DNA of 64,000 bases from Candidatus Nomurabacteria bacterium RIFCSPLOWO2_01_FULL_41_18 (GCA_001785865.1 MFUZ01000006.1:242315-306314), one strand, 5' to 3'; shown: positions 31,795 through 41,457, counted from the stretch's first letter. Made by a program: numbers and translations. The notes: generated by a model not told the origin, from the letters alone.

Positions 31795-32772
31795 TTATAC
31801 GCCCCAAACCGCCGTATTGGCAAGTGGGATGATGCGATTGTTGGACTTTTCTAATACACAAAGCTCACCAGCTTCTATTTGGCCTTCAAAGTTTTTCATA
31901 GTTTCCTCTAGTGCATACCCAAGAGAAAGTGAAGAAGAATCTATCGCATACGAGGTTAAAATAACAAAAAGTGGCTTGTCACTCAAAACTTTTTGCACTG
32001 CTGATAAAAGCTTTGGCAACATTTCTTCTATTTTCCAAACTTCTCCTTTTGGTCCCCTACCAAACTTTGGTGGATCCATTATTATGGCATCATATTTGTT
32101 TCCCCTCTTTGCTTCTCTCTCTAGGAATTTTATTGCATCATCTTCTATGATTCGCATGCCTGTTAGTCCTAAATGACTATTGAGTTTTTCATTTTCTTTT
32201 GCCCAAGCGAGGCTTTGCTTTGAAGCATCGAGGTGCGTCACTACTGCGCCAGCGCGAAGCGCAAACAAGCTCGCCACTCCCGTATAGCCGAACAAGTTCA
32301 AAAATCTAGGTCTGGAAGCAGAGGGAGAATTCTGGCGGCGGAAGGTTCCGTCCGAAGGATGGAGGAATGTCGCAGAATTCTCCTTCTGTAAAAGACCACC
32401 AACACTAGCGCTGATCTTTTCTTCAATAAAATCCCAGTGGCAAGCCTGCTCTGGGAAAAATCCCAAGTGTCGGAAAGGAGTAGGTGAAGCCAGAAATTTA
32501 ATGCCTTTATATTGCATCTCCCATCTATCTTGAATCTTTTCTTTCATCTTCCACCCAGCTTTTGCTCCCACTTTTGAACTCCAAAATTTACCGTCAGCTT
32601 TATTCCATTCTTTTTCCGACAAAGTTTTTGCCCAAACAGCATCTTCATAAGGACGCACAAAAACATATTTACCAAATCGCTCCAACTTTTCCCCCTCACC
32701 CGTATCTAGGAGCTCATAATCACCGAAGTCTGTGGAATCTTTCAAATAAAAAATTTTAATTTGGTTTTGCAT
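31795..32772 (-). CDS. class I SAM-dependent rRNA methyltransferase (RlmI/RlmK-like)
   Basis: LFGYTGVASL..HLDASK SAM-binding motif and DPPKFGRGPKGEVWKIEE catalytic region; contains 60-bp GC-rich in-frame palindromic insert. Confidence 0.65.
   Translation of the reverse strand: MQNQIKIFYLKDSTDFGDYELLDTGEGEKLERFGKYVFVRPYEDAVWAKTLSEKEWNKADGKFWSSKVGAKAGWKMKEKIQDRWEMQYKGIKFLASPTPFRHLGFFPEQACHWDFIEEKISASVGGLLQKENSATFLHPSDGTFRRQNSPSASRPRFLNLFGYTGVASLFALRAGAVVTHLDASKQSLAWAKENEKLNSHLGLTGMRIIEDDAIKFLEREAKRGNKYDAIIMDPPKFGRGPKGEVWKIEEMLPKLLSAVQKVLSDKPLFVILTSYAIDSSSLSLGYALEETMKNFEGQIEAGELCVLEKSNNRIIPLANTAVWGV
32324..32383 (-). repeat. 60-bp (20-codon) GC-rich in-frame insert bounded by perfect 11-bp inverted repeat GGAGAATTCTG/CAGAATTCTCC
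   Basis: Read directly; length multiple of 3; lies in linker of methyltransferase. Confidence 0.55.
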
Positions 32773-32774
32773 AA

Positions 32775-33260
32775 TTATTTCTTACCTTGAATATTATTCT
32801 TAATCCATTCATTTTTCTTTTTTCTATACTCATCCTCTGGTAAACCGTCTAAGGAATTTTTAAAATCTTCATATCTTTGACTTAAACCTGCATCTGCTCG
32901 CAATTTTTCTAAAGTCCTGCGATGAATTCCTATCATCTTATGACCTACAGGAAGTATTTGTAAATCAACTCTTATTCCATTTCTTTTTGTATTTAAGTGG
33001 CTAATTTCTTTGACTACAGGACCTTGTATGTAACTTTTTTCAACAAGCAACTTACTGTCAGCATTAACGTCATTGCTCACAACCATCACGTCAATTTCTG
33101 ATTTTCCAGAAATCGGCACAGCCATAGAACCAATCAATTCTGAAGAAGAATCAGGAAGTATTTTTGATAATTCAATAATAATTTCTTTCTGTAATTCAGA
33201 AATTTCTAGAGATGGTTTTATTATCTTTATTTTTTCGTTCATGCTTGTATTATAACACAC
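32775..33260 (-). CDS. GrpB family protein (nucleotidyltransferase-fold, UPF0157)
   Basis: 161 aa; LIGSMAVPISGKSEIDVMV and C-terminal pattern typical of GrpB. Confidence 0.55.
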   Translation of the reverse strand: MCYNTSMNEKIKIIKPSLEISELQKEIIIELSKILPDSSSELIGSMAVPISGKSEIDVMVVSNDVNADSKLLVEKSYIQGPVVKEISHLNTKRNGIRVDLQILPVGHKMIGIHRRTLEKLRADAGLSQRYEDFKNSLDGLPEDEYRKKKNEWIKNNIQGKK

Positions 33261-33271
33261 TCTTTATTAGT

Positions 33272-33312
33272 GAACCACCGATGTTGATAAATTCTGCATA
33301 TGCAGAATTTAT
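33272..33312. repeat. 40-bp perfect palindrome GATGTTGATAAATTCTGCATATGCAGAATTTATCAACATC just downstream of PaaX-like gene
   Basis: Perfect IR; half-site recurs upstream of same gene at 33941-33963. Confidence 0.7.
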
Positions 33313-33322
33313 CAACATCTAG

Positions 33323-33925
33323 TTAAGGCAAGTGAAAATGTTTCCCTAATTTTTCATCTCTCAAAATGTTTTCTACGACCAAAATCTCAACACACTTCTC
33401 TACTCCAAAGAAATCAGCAATAAATATTATTTCGTCTTCGCATGGATAAGGATAAATCCAAGCGGATTTTTGAAATTGAAAAAAATTTAGTTCTTTCAAA
33501 TGAAAACGTAATGCTTCCCGTCCTTTTGTAAATCTCATAGGAATATCAAACATAACTAATCTCCATTTACCGTCCCATTTCTTAGGCTTGTTAATTTTCA
33601 TCAACTCAATATCAAAAACTTTTAATTTAGTATCACCTTTTTTTGTAATTTTTACTATTGTTTTCCCGTTCTTGTCAGAGACATATTCTATAAGATTTTG
33701 TTTACGAAGATGATTTATTGAATTTCTAATTTGTTCCTTACTGAGATGTTTAGAACTTTTAAATTGTCTGAAAACTTGTACTGCATTGCCCATAGCAGCC
33801 GCAATCAAAACAAGAGCTGGAATTGACGCAACAGCGATCACACACAAAACCACTTGAGCAATCTGGGCTTTTCTTGTCTTAGAATCCAAAAATTCTCTAA
33901 TTCTTGAGGAATATTTATTTTTCAT
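33323..33925 (-). CDS. PaaX-family-like transcriptional regulator (TM anchor + winged-helix + PaaX_C/Cas2-like alpha/beta domain), tentative
   Basis: wHTH-like LRKQNLIEYVSDKNGKTIVKITKKGDTKL; C-terminal WRLVMFDIP...ALRFHLKELNFFQFQKSAWIY; ATG at 33925 preferred over upstream TTG at 33961. Confidence 0.45.
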   Translation of the reverse strand: MKNKYSSRIREFLDSKTRKAQIAQVVLCVIAVASIPALVLIAAAMGNAVQVFRQFKSSKHLSKEQIRNSINHLRKQNLIEYVSDKNGKTIVKITKKGDTKLKVFDIELMKINKPKKWDGKWRLVMFDIPMRFTKGREALRFHLKELNFFQFQKSAWIYPYPCEDEIIFIADFFGVEKCVEILVVENILRDEKLGKHFHLP

Positions 33926-33940
33926 ATTGTTTATAATTAT

Positions 33941-33963
33941 AGCATATGCAGAATTTATCAACA
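33941..33963. promoter_or_regulatory. upstream copy of 22-bp motif GCATATGCAGAATTTATCAACA (candidate operator) in promoter region of PaaX-like gene
   Basis: Direct match to half of the downstream 40-bp palindrome. Confidence 0.4.
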
Positions 33964-33987
33964 GAAGATTTTAAAAGGTATAAAATA

Positions 33988-34839
33988 CTATACCAAAAAC
34001 TCTATCACATCCCCATCCTTGACAATATATTCTTTGCCCTCGGTGCGGACCCAGCCTTTCTCTCGCGCTTTTGCAAAACTCCCCGCTTCTACTAATTGTT
34101 CATAAGACACCACTTCTGCGCGAATAAACTTTTGTTGAAAATCAGTATGGATGGAACGACCTGCAAAAGGCGCAGTGGCTCCACGAAGCGTGGTCCATGC
34201 CCTTGATTCATCTTCGCCAGTTGTAAAAAAAGTTATTAAATTTAATAAATCATAACTAGCTTTAATTAGATTATCCAAACCCGTGCCAAAAATAGGATCA
34301 ACTTCTATGTGTGGTCCAGGAAGCTTCGCAACGAAATCTTTCCCGCCCGACTGAACGACATCAGTCGTTCGGGCGGGTTTTACATTTTCAGCTAAAGCTG
34401 AAGTATTTAAGACATATAACGTTGGTTTTTTAATTCCTCCTTGCTCCAATTCAAAATTGATAACTTCTATATCAAAAAGCGGATCAACTTTGTCGTGAAC
34501 ATGAATCATGTCTTTATCTTCAAAAATCCGCACCACCTCAATGATGGCATCCACTTCGCGAATATGCGAAAGAAATTTATTTCCAAGCCCTGCGCCCTCG
34601 CTCGCACCTTTTACAAGCCCTGCAATATCCACAAATTCAACTACAGCGGGTATAGTTTTCTTTGATTTAGATATAACGGAGAGTTTCATCAAGCGTTCGT
34701 CCGGCACAGGCACAATGCCCACCGATGGATCAATGGTGCAAAAAGGATAATTCTCCGCCGGGACATTTTTCTTTGTAAGAGCGTTAAAAAGCGTGGATTT
34801 GCCGACATTAGGAAGCCCTACAATTCCGATTTTAAGCAT
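33988..34839 (-). CDS. ychF: ribosome-binding ATPase YchF (Obg-like GTPase family), short form
   Basis: [29 protein letters not shown]-terminal TGS-like domain. Confidence 0.8.
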   Translation of the reverse strand: MLKIGIVGLPNVGKSTLFNALTKKNVPAENYPFCTIDPSVGIVPVPDERLMKLSVISKSKKTIPAVVEFVDIAGLVKGASEGAGLGNKFLSHIREVDAIIEVVRIFEDKDMIHVHDKVDPLFDIEVINFELEQGGIKKPTLYVLNTSALAENVKPARTTDVVQSGGKDFVAKLPGPHIEVDPIFGTGLDNLIKASYDLLNLITFFTTGEDESRAWTTLRGATAPFAGRSIHTDFQQKFIRAEVVSYEQLVEAGSFAKAREKGWVRTEGKEYIVKDGDVIEFLV

Positions 34840-34907
34840 TTAGAGAATATAGCAAAAAAACACCGCAATGTCATTCCTGTTTTGTGTTATTTATTTAAAC
34901 TTTTACA

Positions 34908-35480
34908 TTAAAGCGAACTTATTAACCATCCAAACACACTGAAGTCATCGTCGCGCTCAAGAATAAAGTTATTCACCTTGGCTCTTTGTTGCTCTAGGGC
35001 ATCTATTTGGCTATTGATTTGAGTTATCATACTATTATCGTTTGTTTTTAACATCAAAGCATTGAGAGTGCGACCTTGATCTTTCATTTGAACCAATTGA
35101 AATTTCAATACCCCTAAGTCATTACCTAAAAAGAATGTCTGCACCGCGCTTCTGCCTTCCAGGATAGTTATGACATGATCTGACTTTTCTATAGAATTGA
35201 TTTGTTGTTCGGTAATTGCTTCTAAACTTTTTATATTATCTTCGTCTATTGTGTATTCTTCTAATAAGAACGTGGTATCACTTCCTATCTTATAAAAGTC
35301 AACTTTATTCTCTAGCGCATTATACCTATAAATACTGTCGTACTCGGAAGTAACTTCATCTACCTCAAAAGCTTCCAATGTATAAGCAAAAAATACGATG
35401 GGTAAAATCATAAGTGACACTTTTATTGTTATTACTGGAGTTTTGGTCATACCTCTGATGCCGTCTTGGAAACCAGACAA
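34908..35480 (-). CDS. hypothetical membrane-anchored protein (190 aa)
   Basis: N-terminal TM; no recognisable domain. Confidence 0.35.
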   Translation of the reverse strand: MSGFQDGIRGMTKTPVITIKVSLMILPIVFFAYTLEAFEVDEVTSEYDSIYRYNALENKVDFYKIGSDTTFLLEEYTIDEDNIKSLEAITEQQINSIEKSDHVITILEGRSAVQTFFLGNDLGVLKFQLVQMKDQGRTLNALMLKTNDNSMITQINSQIDALEQQRAKVNNFILERDDDFSVFGWLISSL

Positions 35481-35539
35481 TTACAACAAAACCATTTCTT
35501 GATTTTTCTTTTCCGACTCTTTAATGTGAAATTCTAACT

Positions 35540-36037
35540 TTACTGTTCGTGCATTGAACTTGGTCCAACTCTATTGGCATGCTGTGCCAGTGTTTCAGCG
35601 ACCACCACCATATCTGTGATGTCTTCCATAGACAGAAGAATAATAGACACAGAAGCACTAGAAGTAGCATCTTCGTTGAAGTGAATCTGCCGGGCGTTTA
35701 AAATCATCACTTTACGTCCAATAAAAGGAAAATTATGCGTAACTTCAAACCCTTTGAAAAAACTATGCTGAGGCAAGATATCTTCTAGAAGTTTTCGTAA
35801 CGCAGGAATGTCCCATTGACCATTGCCGAGTTTGTATACCGCCTGACCCTCTGTGTCTTTTGACTCAACCTGAAATACTTTATAGAAAGATTCATTAGCC
35901 GCCATAACACAAAGATCACGATCTAAAACTAAAATAGGTTCCCGCACCATATCTACGACAGTTTTGATATATGTCCAACTTTTTTCCCATATATGTTCTA
36001 CTAAATTTGCTCCACCTATTTTTCTATTAGTCTTCAT
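35540..36037 (-). CDS. stand-alone PAS domain protein
   Basis: PAS-fold pattern (VLDRDLCVMAANESFYKVF...VMILNARQI). Confidence 0.5.
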   Translation of the reverse strand: MKTNRKIGGANLVEHIWEKSWTYIKTVVDMVREPILVLDRDLCVMAANESFYKVFQVESKDTEGQAVYKLGNGQWDIPALRKLLEDILPQHSFFKGFEVTHNFPFIGRKVMILNARQIHFNEDATSSASVSIILLSMEDITDMVVVAETLAQHANRVGPSSMHEQ

Positions 36038-36134
36038 AGCACAGAAGCCGTTATGTATCTAAAATTATTACGGAAAAAAAATAAAACCACTCCGCTTTTA
36101 GCGGAGTGGTTTTTACAACACATCATGTAAAACT

Positions 36135-36419
36135 TTATCCCATGTGTCCACTACCTAAAATCAAACTAGATTCTCGCTCAAACAAAGCATTCTCCTGTTC
36201 AATACATGCTGGACATTTGGTAAAGTGTACAGAAATATTTTCTTCGTTGTATTCGTTTAGATAATTAGGTTTTTTAAAATTCCAAGATTTTTTATAGTAA
36301 AAAGCATAACAATGCTCACACATAGACATAGTAAGAGTTTTGAATTTCTTATTTCTGGGAAACTCTTTTCTTTTACCATTAACCCAATCTTTTGCTAATG
36401 TTTTAAATCTTTTTAACAT
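36135..36419 (-). CDS. hypothetical Cys-rich zinc-ribbon protein (94 aa)
   Basis: Two CxxC pairs (CEHC ... CPAC). Confidence 0.4.
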   Translation of the reverse strand: MLKRFKTLAKDWVNGKRKEFPRNKKFKTLTMSMCEHCYAFYYKKSWNFKKPNYLNEYNEENISVHFTKCPACIEQENALFERESSLILGSGHMG

Positions 36420-36624
36420 ATATTTTTATTTTTTACCCCGCCACAGCGGGGCAAGTTAATTTTTAATAATTGTTCGACATTAAGTTAATAATATTACGTA
36501 AATAATTTAATCTAATTTTAATATTATATTAATACGAAATCGATAAGTCAATATAAAAAATAGCCCTTTTGGGCATAAGTTGTTAATAAACTGTTTATAA
36601 TTTTAATGTTAACTTAACTTTATA

Positions 36625-37878
36625 TTATTTAGTAGGCTTTATCGGTAAAGTGACGCTAAAAATACTGCCTTTGCCTAGGACACTCTCTGCTTTTATTGTT
36701 CCGCCATGTATTTCTGTTGCCCATTTTGTTATAGCAAGCCCGAGCCCTGAATGACTTCCATTAGAGCTATGGGTATGGGCCTTATCACCCCTGTAAAAAC
36801 GATCAAATATTTTTGGTAAATCTTCTCTTGATATTCCCATGCCGTCATCAGCTATTTTTATTTTCACCATATTTTTTTGTGCGCTTAGGTCAATTAGAAT
36901 GTTTCCGTTTCTTTTACCGTAAGTTATGGAATTTTTTATGATATTAATGAATAACCTTTTTAAATATCTTTCTTCTCCGGCAATATGCAAATTTTTGACT
37001 TCATCCTTAATTTTTATCTTTATATTTTTTTCCAACGCCACTATTCTCAATCTTTTTACTAGGTCTTTAATTAATTTGATTAAATCTACAGGAGAAGAGT
37101 TTATAGTATTTTTTACACTTTGGCTGGAAGAAAGTGGGGAGGTAAGCAAAGCCAAGTTTGTAAAGATATTTGATAGGCTAGTTATTTCAATGTTTATTTT
37201 TTTTAAAGTTTCACGAACAGATTTTAAATTGTTTTTATTCATTAACGCTAGGTCTATATTGCCTCTCATGATGGCGAGCGGAGTCCGGAGCTCATGCGTT
37301 GCATTTGCAATAAATTCTGTTTTTAACTTTTCTTGTGATAAAAGAACTTCTGTAACTTTTTGTTTTTCAGCCATACTGAGGGACTTTTGTTCTTTTTCTA
37401 TGAGCCAATTAGTATTCACAGCTCGAGATGCCATAATTTCTATTGTCTCTGCCAATACAAATTCCTCCTCCGTAAAGTCGTGTCGATTCTTGTAACACAA
37501 CACAATACTACCAAATATGTGTTCACCATAGCGAATAGGAATAATCATGTAACTCTTGAAATCATTCGAGATATGGGATTCATAATTTTCGCTTTTTACG
37601 TTTGGGTCGAATAGTATGTTTCCCTTTTTTTCTGCTATATGATGGCCTGTTTTATTTTTTGGGATGATTGGATCAAAATGAATATTTTTGCTTTTATATA
37701 TAGTTTCAAATCTGTCATTAGTAGGGGATTTTTCTAAAGCAAAACTGAAATCCGCATTTAAAATTTTCTCACTTTCCTCCGTAAATTTTTTAATAACTGA
37801 TGCATTATTTTCATCTCTCATTAAATGCATACTAACATCATTTAATGTGACGATTTTTTTTAAAATTAGTTTTTCCAT
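36625..37878 (-). CDS. sensor histidine kinase with GAF domain (cytoplasmic)
   Basis: GAF-like N-terminus, H-box HELRTPLAIMRGNIDL, HATPase_c G-boxes (DDGMGI, GLGLAI). Confidence 0.8.
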   Translation of the reverse strand: MEKLILKKIVTLNDVSMHLMRDENNASVIKKFTEESEKILNADFSFALEKSPTNDRFETIYKSKNIHFDPIIPKNKTGHHIAEKKGNILFDPNVKSENYESHISNDFKSYMIIPIRYGEHIFGSIVLCYKNRHDFTEEEFVLAETIEIMASRAVNTNWLIEKEQKSLSMAEKQKVTEVLLSQEKLKTEFIANATHELRTPLAIMRGNIDLALMNKNNLKSVRETLKKINIEITSLSNIFTNLALLTSPLSSSQSVKNTINSSPVDLIKLIKDLVKRLRIVALEKNIKIKIKDEVKNLHIAGEERYLKRLFINIIKNSITYGKRNGNILIDLSAQKNMVKIKIADDGMGISREDLPKIFDRFYRGDKAHTHSSNGSHSGLGLAITKWATEIHGGTIKAESVLGKGSIFSVTLPIKPTK

Positions 37879-38441
37879 GCACTTAGATATTTTAAAATAT
37901 CGGGAATTTCTTTTTCAAGTATATGATTTTTGATCATTTGTTTATATTCTTTTGGAAGATTAAGTAGAAAGTTATAGGATAATTTTTGGAAACCACCACC
38001 TGGTATACCATCTTCTTTTTTAAGCATCTCTTCATTGATGGGTTTTTTAAGAACGTATACTGAGCGAATAAAGTTGTTAATCGTACCTCCAAAGTCGTCT
38101 TGTGTGTGATGTAAGACTTTAAGTTTTTTTATAAATATTAAGTCAGAAGGTGTGACGGAAATACCTGTTTCTTCTTTGGTTTCTCGAACTGCTGCATCTA
38201 AATATTCTTCACCTTTATTTGGATGTCCAGCAATAGTAGCGTCTAAAAGGCCAGCTGATTTTTTATGCAAACCCATTTTCTGAAAGAAAATATTTTTATT
38301 TTTGTCAAAAATCCACACCTGTATTTCGCGATGAAGCAATCCAAGACGATGTATATCGATTCTGGACTTAGAATCAACGATCTTGTCATTTTTATCTATG
38401 ACGTCCAATATTCTTTTATTTTCGTAATTTAAATTAGTCAT
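37866..38441 (-). CDS. NUDIX hydrolase
   Basis: Nudix box GHPNKGEEYLDAAVRETKEETGI. Confidence 0.7.
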   Translation of the reverse strand: MTNLNYENKRILDVIDKNDKIVDSKSRIDIHRLGLLHREIQVWIFDKNKNIFFQKMGLHKKSAGLLDATIAGHPNKGEEYLDAAVRETKEETGISVTPSDLIFIKKLKVLHHTQDDFGGTINNFIRSVYVLKKPINEEMLKKEDGIPGGGFQKLSYNFLLNLPKEYKQMIKNHILEKEIPDILKYLSAWKN

Positions 38442-38519
38442 AATCCTTTGGTTTTCGCTCTTTTGAGCTCATCAGTCAGGACATACATCCTGATAACTTT
38501 GACCCACAACCCTGTGATA

Positions 38520-39173
38520 TCAAAGTGTGTGTGGGTCGGAATTTGGCGTAGGTTTTTCAGGCAAACCCACTATTCTTGCGATCTGTCTCGCGCATTGCTC
38601 AGGTGTGCCGTCGTTGTAAATTACAACGTCGTAATACTTTTCAACCCCGAGCTGTTCATATCTTTTTATTTTTTCAAGTTTGCGCGTAGGATCAATCCCA
38701 TGCATCAGGCAACGTTCTGTGAGCCTTGCCTTCAAGGTTTCCAAAGAACGGGAAGAGATGAACACCAGCTTCATCTTTGGGAATTTACGACGATGATTTA
38801 AACCACCCCTTCCAAACAAGCATACAACTAAGTCTGTGCCTTTTGGTGTTGGAAGCCAGATTTTTCTTTTCAAAATGGCCGTGCGGTACGTTTTTCCGTT
38901 CACCTCCACCTGCCGAATTGTTCCGGGGATGAAAAATTTATCATCCCATAGTATTTGGAACTGTTCTTCTGTCACGAACCGGTACTCTTTTTCGGATTCC
39001 TCTCCCGGACGTTTTGGTCGAGTGTAGTATCTCGGTATCACATGAATCTTGTATCCAAGATGTTCCAAAGCTCGTAATACTGTCGTTTTCCCAGCACCTG
39101 GGGGACCATTGATGCCGACATGGGTAATTGGTTTTTTCATTTTTCCTTTATTAAATTGTTTAAGATCTTTCAA
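38520..39173 (-). CDS. P-loop nucleoside/nucleotide kinase (guanylate kinase-like)
   Basis: Walker A GPPGAGKTT and YTRPKRPGEE..YRFVT guanylate-kinase-like motif. Confidence 0.5.
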   Translation of the reverse strand: MKDLKQFNKGKMKKPITHVGINGPPGAGKTTVLRALEHLGYKIHVIPRYYTRPKRPGEESEKEYRFVTEEQFQILWDDKFFIPGTIRQVEVNGKTYRTAILKRKIWLPTPKGTDLVVCLFGRGGLNHRRKFPKMKLVFISSRSLETLKARLTERCLMHGIDPTRKLEKIKRYEQLGVEKYYDVVIYNDGTPEQCARQIARIVGLPEKPTPNSDPHTL

Positions 39174-39239
39174 GATCTAGTTGCTATGTGTTTCTCTCAT
39201 TATATAACACAAACTAGTTTTACGCAAGTCCTTTACAGC

Positions 39240-39908
39240 TTATTCTTTCAACACAAAACCAACTCCTCGTACAGTGTGTATTAAGGGTTTTTTATCTCTA
39301 TTTTCTATTTTTGTGCGTAAGTACTTTATATGAACATTTAATTCATTGTTCGTTTCTTTAAATTCAGGCCCCCAAGCATGGTCTATAAGTTGGCGTCTTT
39401 TTATAGCTTCTCCGGGACGAGTAATCAAAAAATCTAAAAGTTTATATTCTTTTGGTGTTAATTTTATTATTCTTCCTCCGCGAGTAACCTCATGCTTTTT
39501 TTTATCCATGATAAGATCCCCGACTTTATTAATATCTCCGTCTGTGGTTTTCCTGCGACGTAGTACTGTGCGGATTCTGGCAAAAAGTTCCTGAGTGCTA
39601 AATGGTTTTACCATATAATCATCTGCACCAATATTTAAGCCATTGACTCTGTCTTCTAGTGTACCTCGAGCAGTGAGCATAATAATAGGTGTATGGATTT
39701 GATGGTCTCTTAATTCTTTACAAACAGCAAAGCCATCTTTTTTGGGAATCATTATATCAAGCAAAATCATACTGTAATTGTTCTTCATAGCTTTTCGAGA
39801 TGCCTCTTCTCCATCAAAAGCTGTATCTACAGAATAACGCTCACTTTTGAGAGCGCTATTCAATATATTTGATAGTTTTTTTTCGTCTTCAACAACTAAT
39901 ATTGACAT
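39240..39908 (-). CDS. OmpR/PhoB-family two-component response regulator
   Basis: Receiver domain (ILVVEDE...D...LTAR) plus winged-helix trans_reg_C (RTVLRRR...LIHTVRGVGF). Confidence 0.85.
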   Translation of the reverse strand: MSILVVEDEKKLSNILNSALKSERYSVDTAFDGEEASRKAMKNNYSMILLDIMIPKKDGFAVCKELRDHQIHTPIIMLTARGTLEDRVNGLNIGADDYMVKPFSTQELFARIRTVLRRRKTTDGDINKVGDLIMDKKKHEVTRGGRIIKLTPKEYKLLDFLITRPGEAIKRRQLIDHAWGPEFKETNNELNVHIKYLRTKIENRDKKPLIHTVRGVGFVLKE

Positions 39909-40030
39909 GACTCCAGTATATAACTATTGATTAGGATTTGCAAGGATTATTATTAATAATATATTAAAGTAGTTAGTTAAATTTAGATTAAAGTTATCCA
40001 CAGAATCCACATATTTCTCAGTTCGCTGTG

Positions 40031-40059
40031 TTGACTCCTAAATTGCGATAAGATATAGT
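40031..40059 (+). promoter_or_regulatory. sigma70-like promoter TTGACT-17bp-TATAGT upstream of ECF sigma factor gene
   Basis: -35 40031-40036, -10 40054-40059, 21 nt upstream of ATG at 40081. Confidence 0.5.
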
Positions 40060-40080
40060 GTTAAAATAACATTAAATTTT

Positions 40081-40590
40081 ATGACAACACTCGAAAAGAC
40101 AAGATTAGAATCAATCCTTACCTTAGCTCATCATGACTATGAGAAAGGACTAAATTCTCGTGCATTCTTCAAAGTTAGCAATCGCGAGTTGGGAGAAGAC
40201 TTGGTCCAGCAAACATTTATGAAAACTTGGATTTATCTCGTAAAGGGAGGAAAAATAGAAATGATGAAATCTTTTCTCTATCATATTTTAAATAACCTTA
40301 TTGTCGACGAATACCGTAAACACAAAACAACTTCTCTCGAGACTCTAATGGAAAAAGGCTATGAGCCTAGCACAACAGATGCAATTAATTTAATGACTAT
40401 TTTAGACGGCAAAGCTGCATTTCTTTTAATAGAACGTCTCCCAGAAATGTATCGGAGAGTAATGAGAATGAAATATGTGCAAGATTTATCTTTAGGAGAA
40501 ATGTCTGTTCTCACCGGACTATCGAAAAACACCATCGCAGTACAACTCCATCGCGGATTGGAAAAAATAAAACTTTTATATAAATACTGA
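40081..40590 (+). CDS. RNA polymerase sigma factor, ECF (sigma-70 group 4) family
   Basis: Region 2 (LVQQTFMKTWIYL...DEYRK) and region 4 HTH (LSLGEMSVLTGLSKNTIAVQLHRGLEKIK). Confidence 0.75.
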   Translation: MTTLEKTRLESILTLAHHDYEKGLNSRAFFKVSNRELGEDLVQQTFMKTWIYLVKGGKIEMMKSFLYHILNNLIVDEYRKHKTTSLETLMEKGYEPSTTDAINLMTILDGKAAFLLIERLPEMYRRVMRMKYVQDLSLGEMSVLTGLSKNTIAVQLHRGLEKIKLLYKY

Positions 40591-40606
40591 AATTATTTAA
40601 TCAAAG

Positions 40607-41443
40607 TTAACTAGGAAGCTGTGCATCGTCATCTAGAATCTCAAAATCATCCCCTTCTATCTTTGGAATTCTCCGCTCCCGCACCAGATACACCGCCCCT
40701 CCGCCAAGCGCAATCAAAATGAATAAACTTATCAGAGAAATAGCGTACTTTTTCTGTTTCGGCTGGACTTGGTCTTGAGTTTCCAATGCAGAAGCTTTCA
40801 TTGCATTCGGAGTGAAAATATCTTCTGCGACAGCAGTTTTTGGAACGGTATTTTGAGGCGGATTAGCTATTTTCTCCAACACTGGAAGTTTTTTAACGGT
40901 AGAAGCTGGCGCAGGTCTTACCGACGGAATGTAAGGAATATACATCTTATTGGCTCCACCCAGCGTAGGCTCGCTCTCTTTCCATTCTCCCCCTATCTTT
41001 GATATTGTCCTCCCATTACCACTTCCGCCCATTCTGCTCGCATAGACCACTTGGTCGACCGTCGAGAGATCCTTGTCTTTGAGCGCGATAGACTCCCCAG
41101 CATTTGAAAATGTAAAACTGGAATCGAAAATATTTCCTCCAAAACTCGGATAATTCTCTTTGAATTTCTCCGGATTGGAAACTATGAGCGCATACCCTCC
41201 CGCCCCCAAGTCTGGCGACCCTTGCGCCAGGATTAATTTATGGTTGACGCCTCCTTCAAAAAATTTGTATAGGGTGAGATCGATGTTATTTGGTCCAGAA
41301 TTGTAAATCTCGACCCATTCCTTGCCTTCATCGGAACCTTCCTGGTCGTACATTATCTCATTTATTATCAGACTGGATTCCGCCATTGTGTAGTTTGAAA
41401 AAAAGACACTAACTAGAACAACTAGAATCAGTTTTTTCTTCAT
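40607..41443 (-). CDS. lamin-tail-domain (LTD) secreted protein with C-terminal TM anchor
   Basis: Signal peptide; LIINEIMYDQEGSDEGKEWVEIYN motif of LTD; C-terminal hydrophobic anchor. Confidence 0.65.
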   Translation of the reverse strand: MKKKLILVVLVSVFFSNYTMAESSLIINEIMYDQEGSDEGKEWVEIYNSGPNNIDLTLYKFFEGGVNHKLILAQGSPDLGAGGYALIVSNPEKFKENYPSFGGNIFDSSFTFSNAGESIALKDKDLSTVDQVVYASRMGGSGNGRTISKIGGEWKESEPTLGGANKMYIPYIPSVRPAPASTVKKLPVLEKIANPPQNTVPKTAVAEDIFTPNAMKASALETQDQVQPKQKKYAISLISLFILIALGGGAVYLVRERRIPKIEGDDFEILDDDAQLPS

Positions 41444-41457
41444 GCTATAATATTAGC

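Noticed and set aside
36440-36457. Hairpin CCCCGCCACAGCGGGG in the AT-rich spacer after the histidine kinase gene as an intrinsic terminator
   Set aside because: On the minus-strand transcript it is followed by an A-run rather than a U-run, and no plus-strand gene ends here, so terminator function is doubtful. It was left uncalled.
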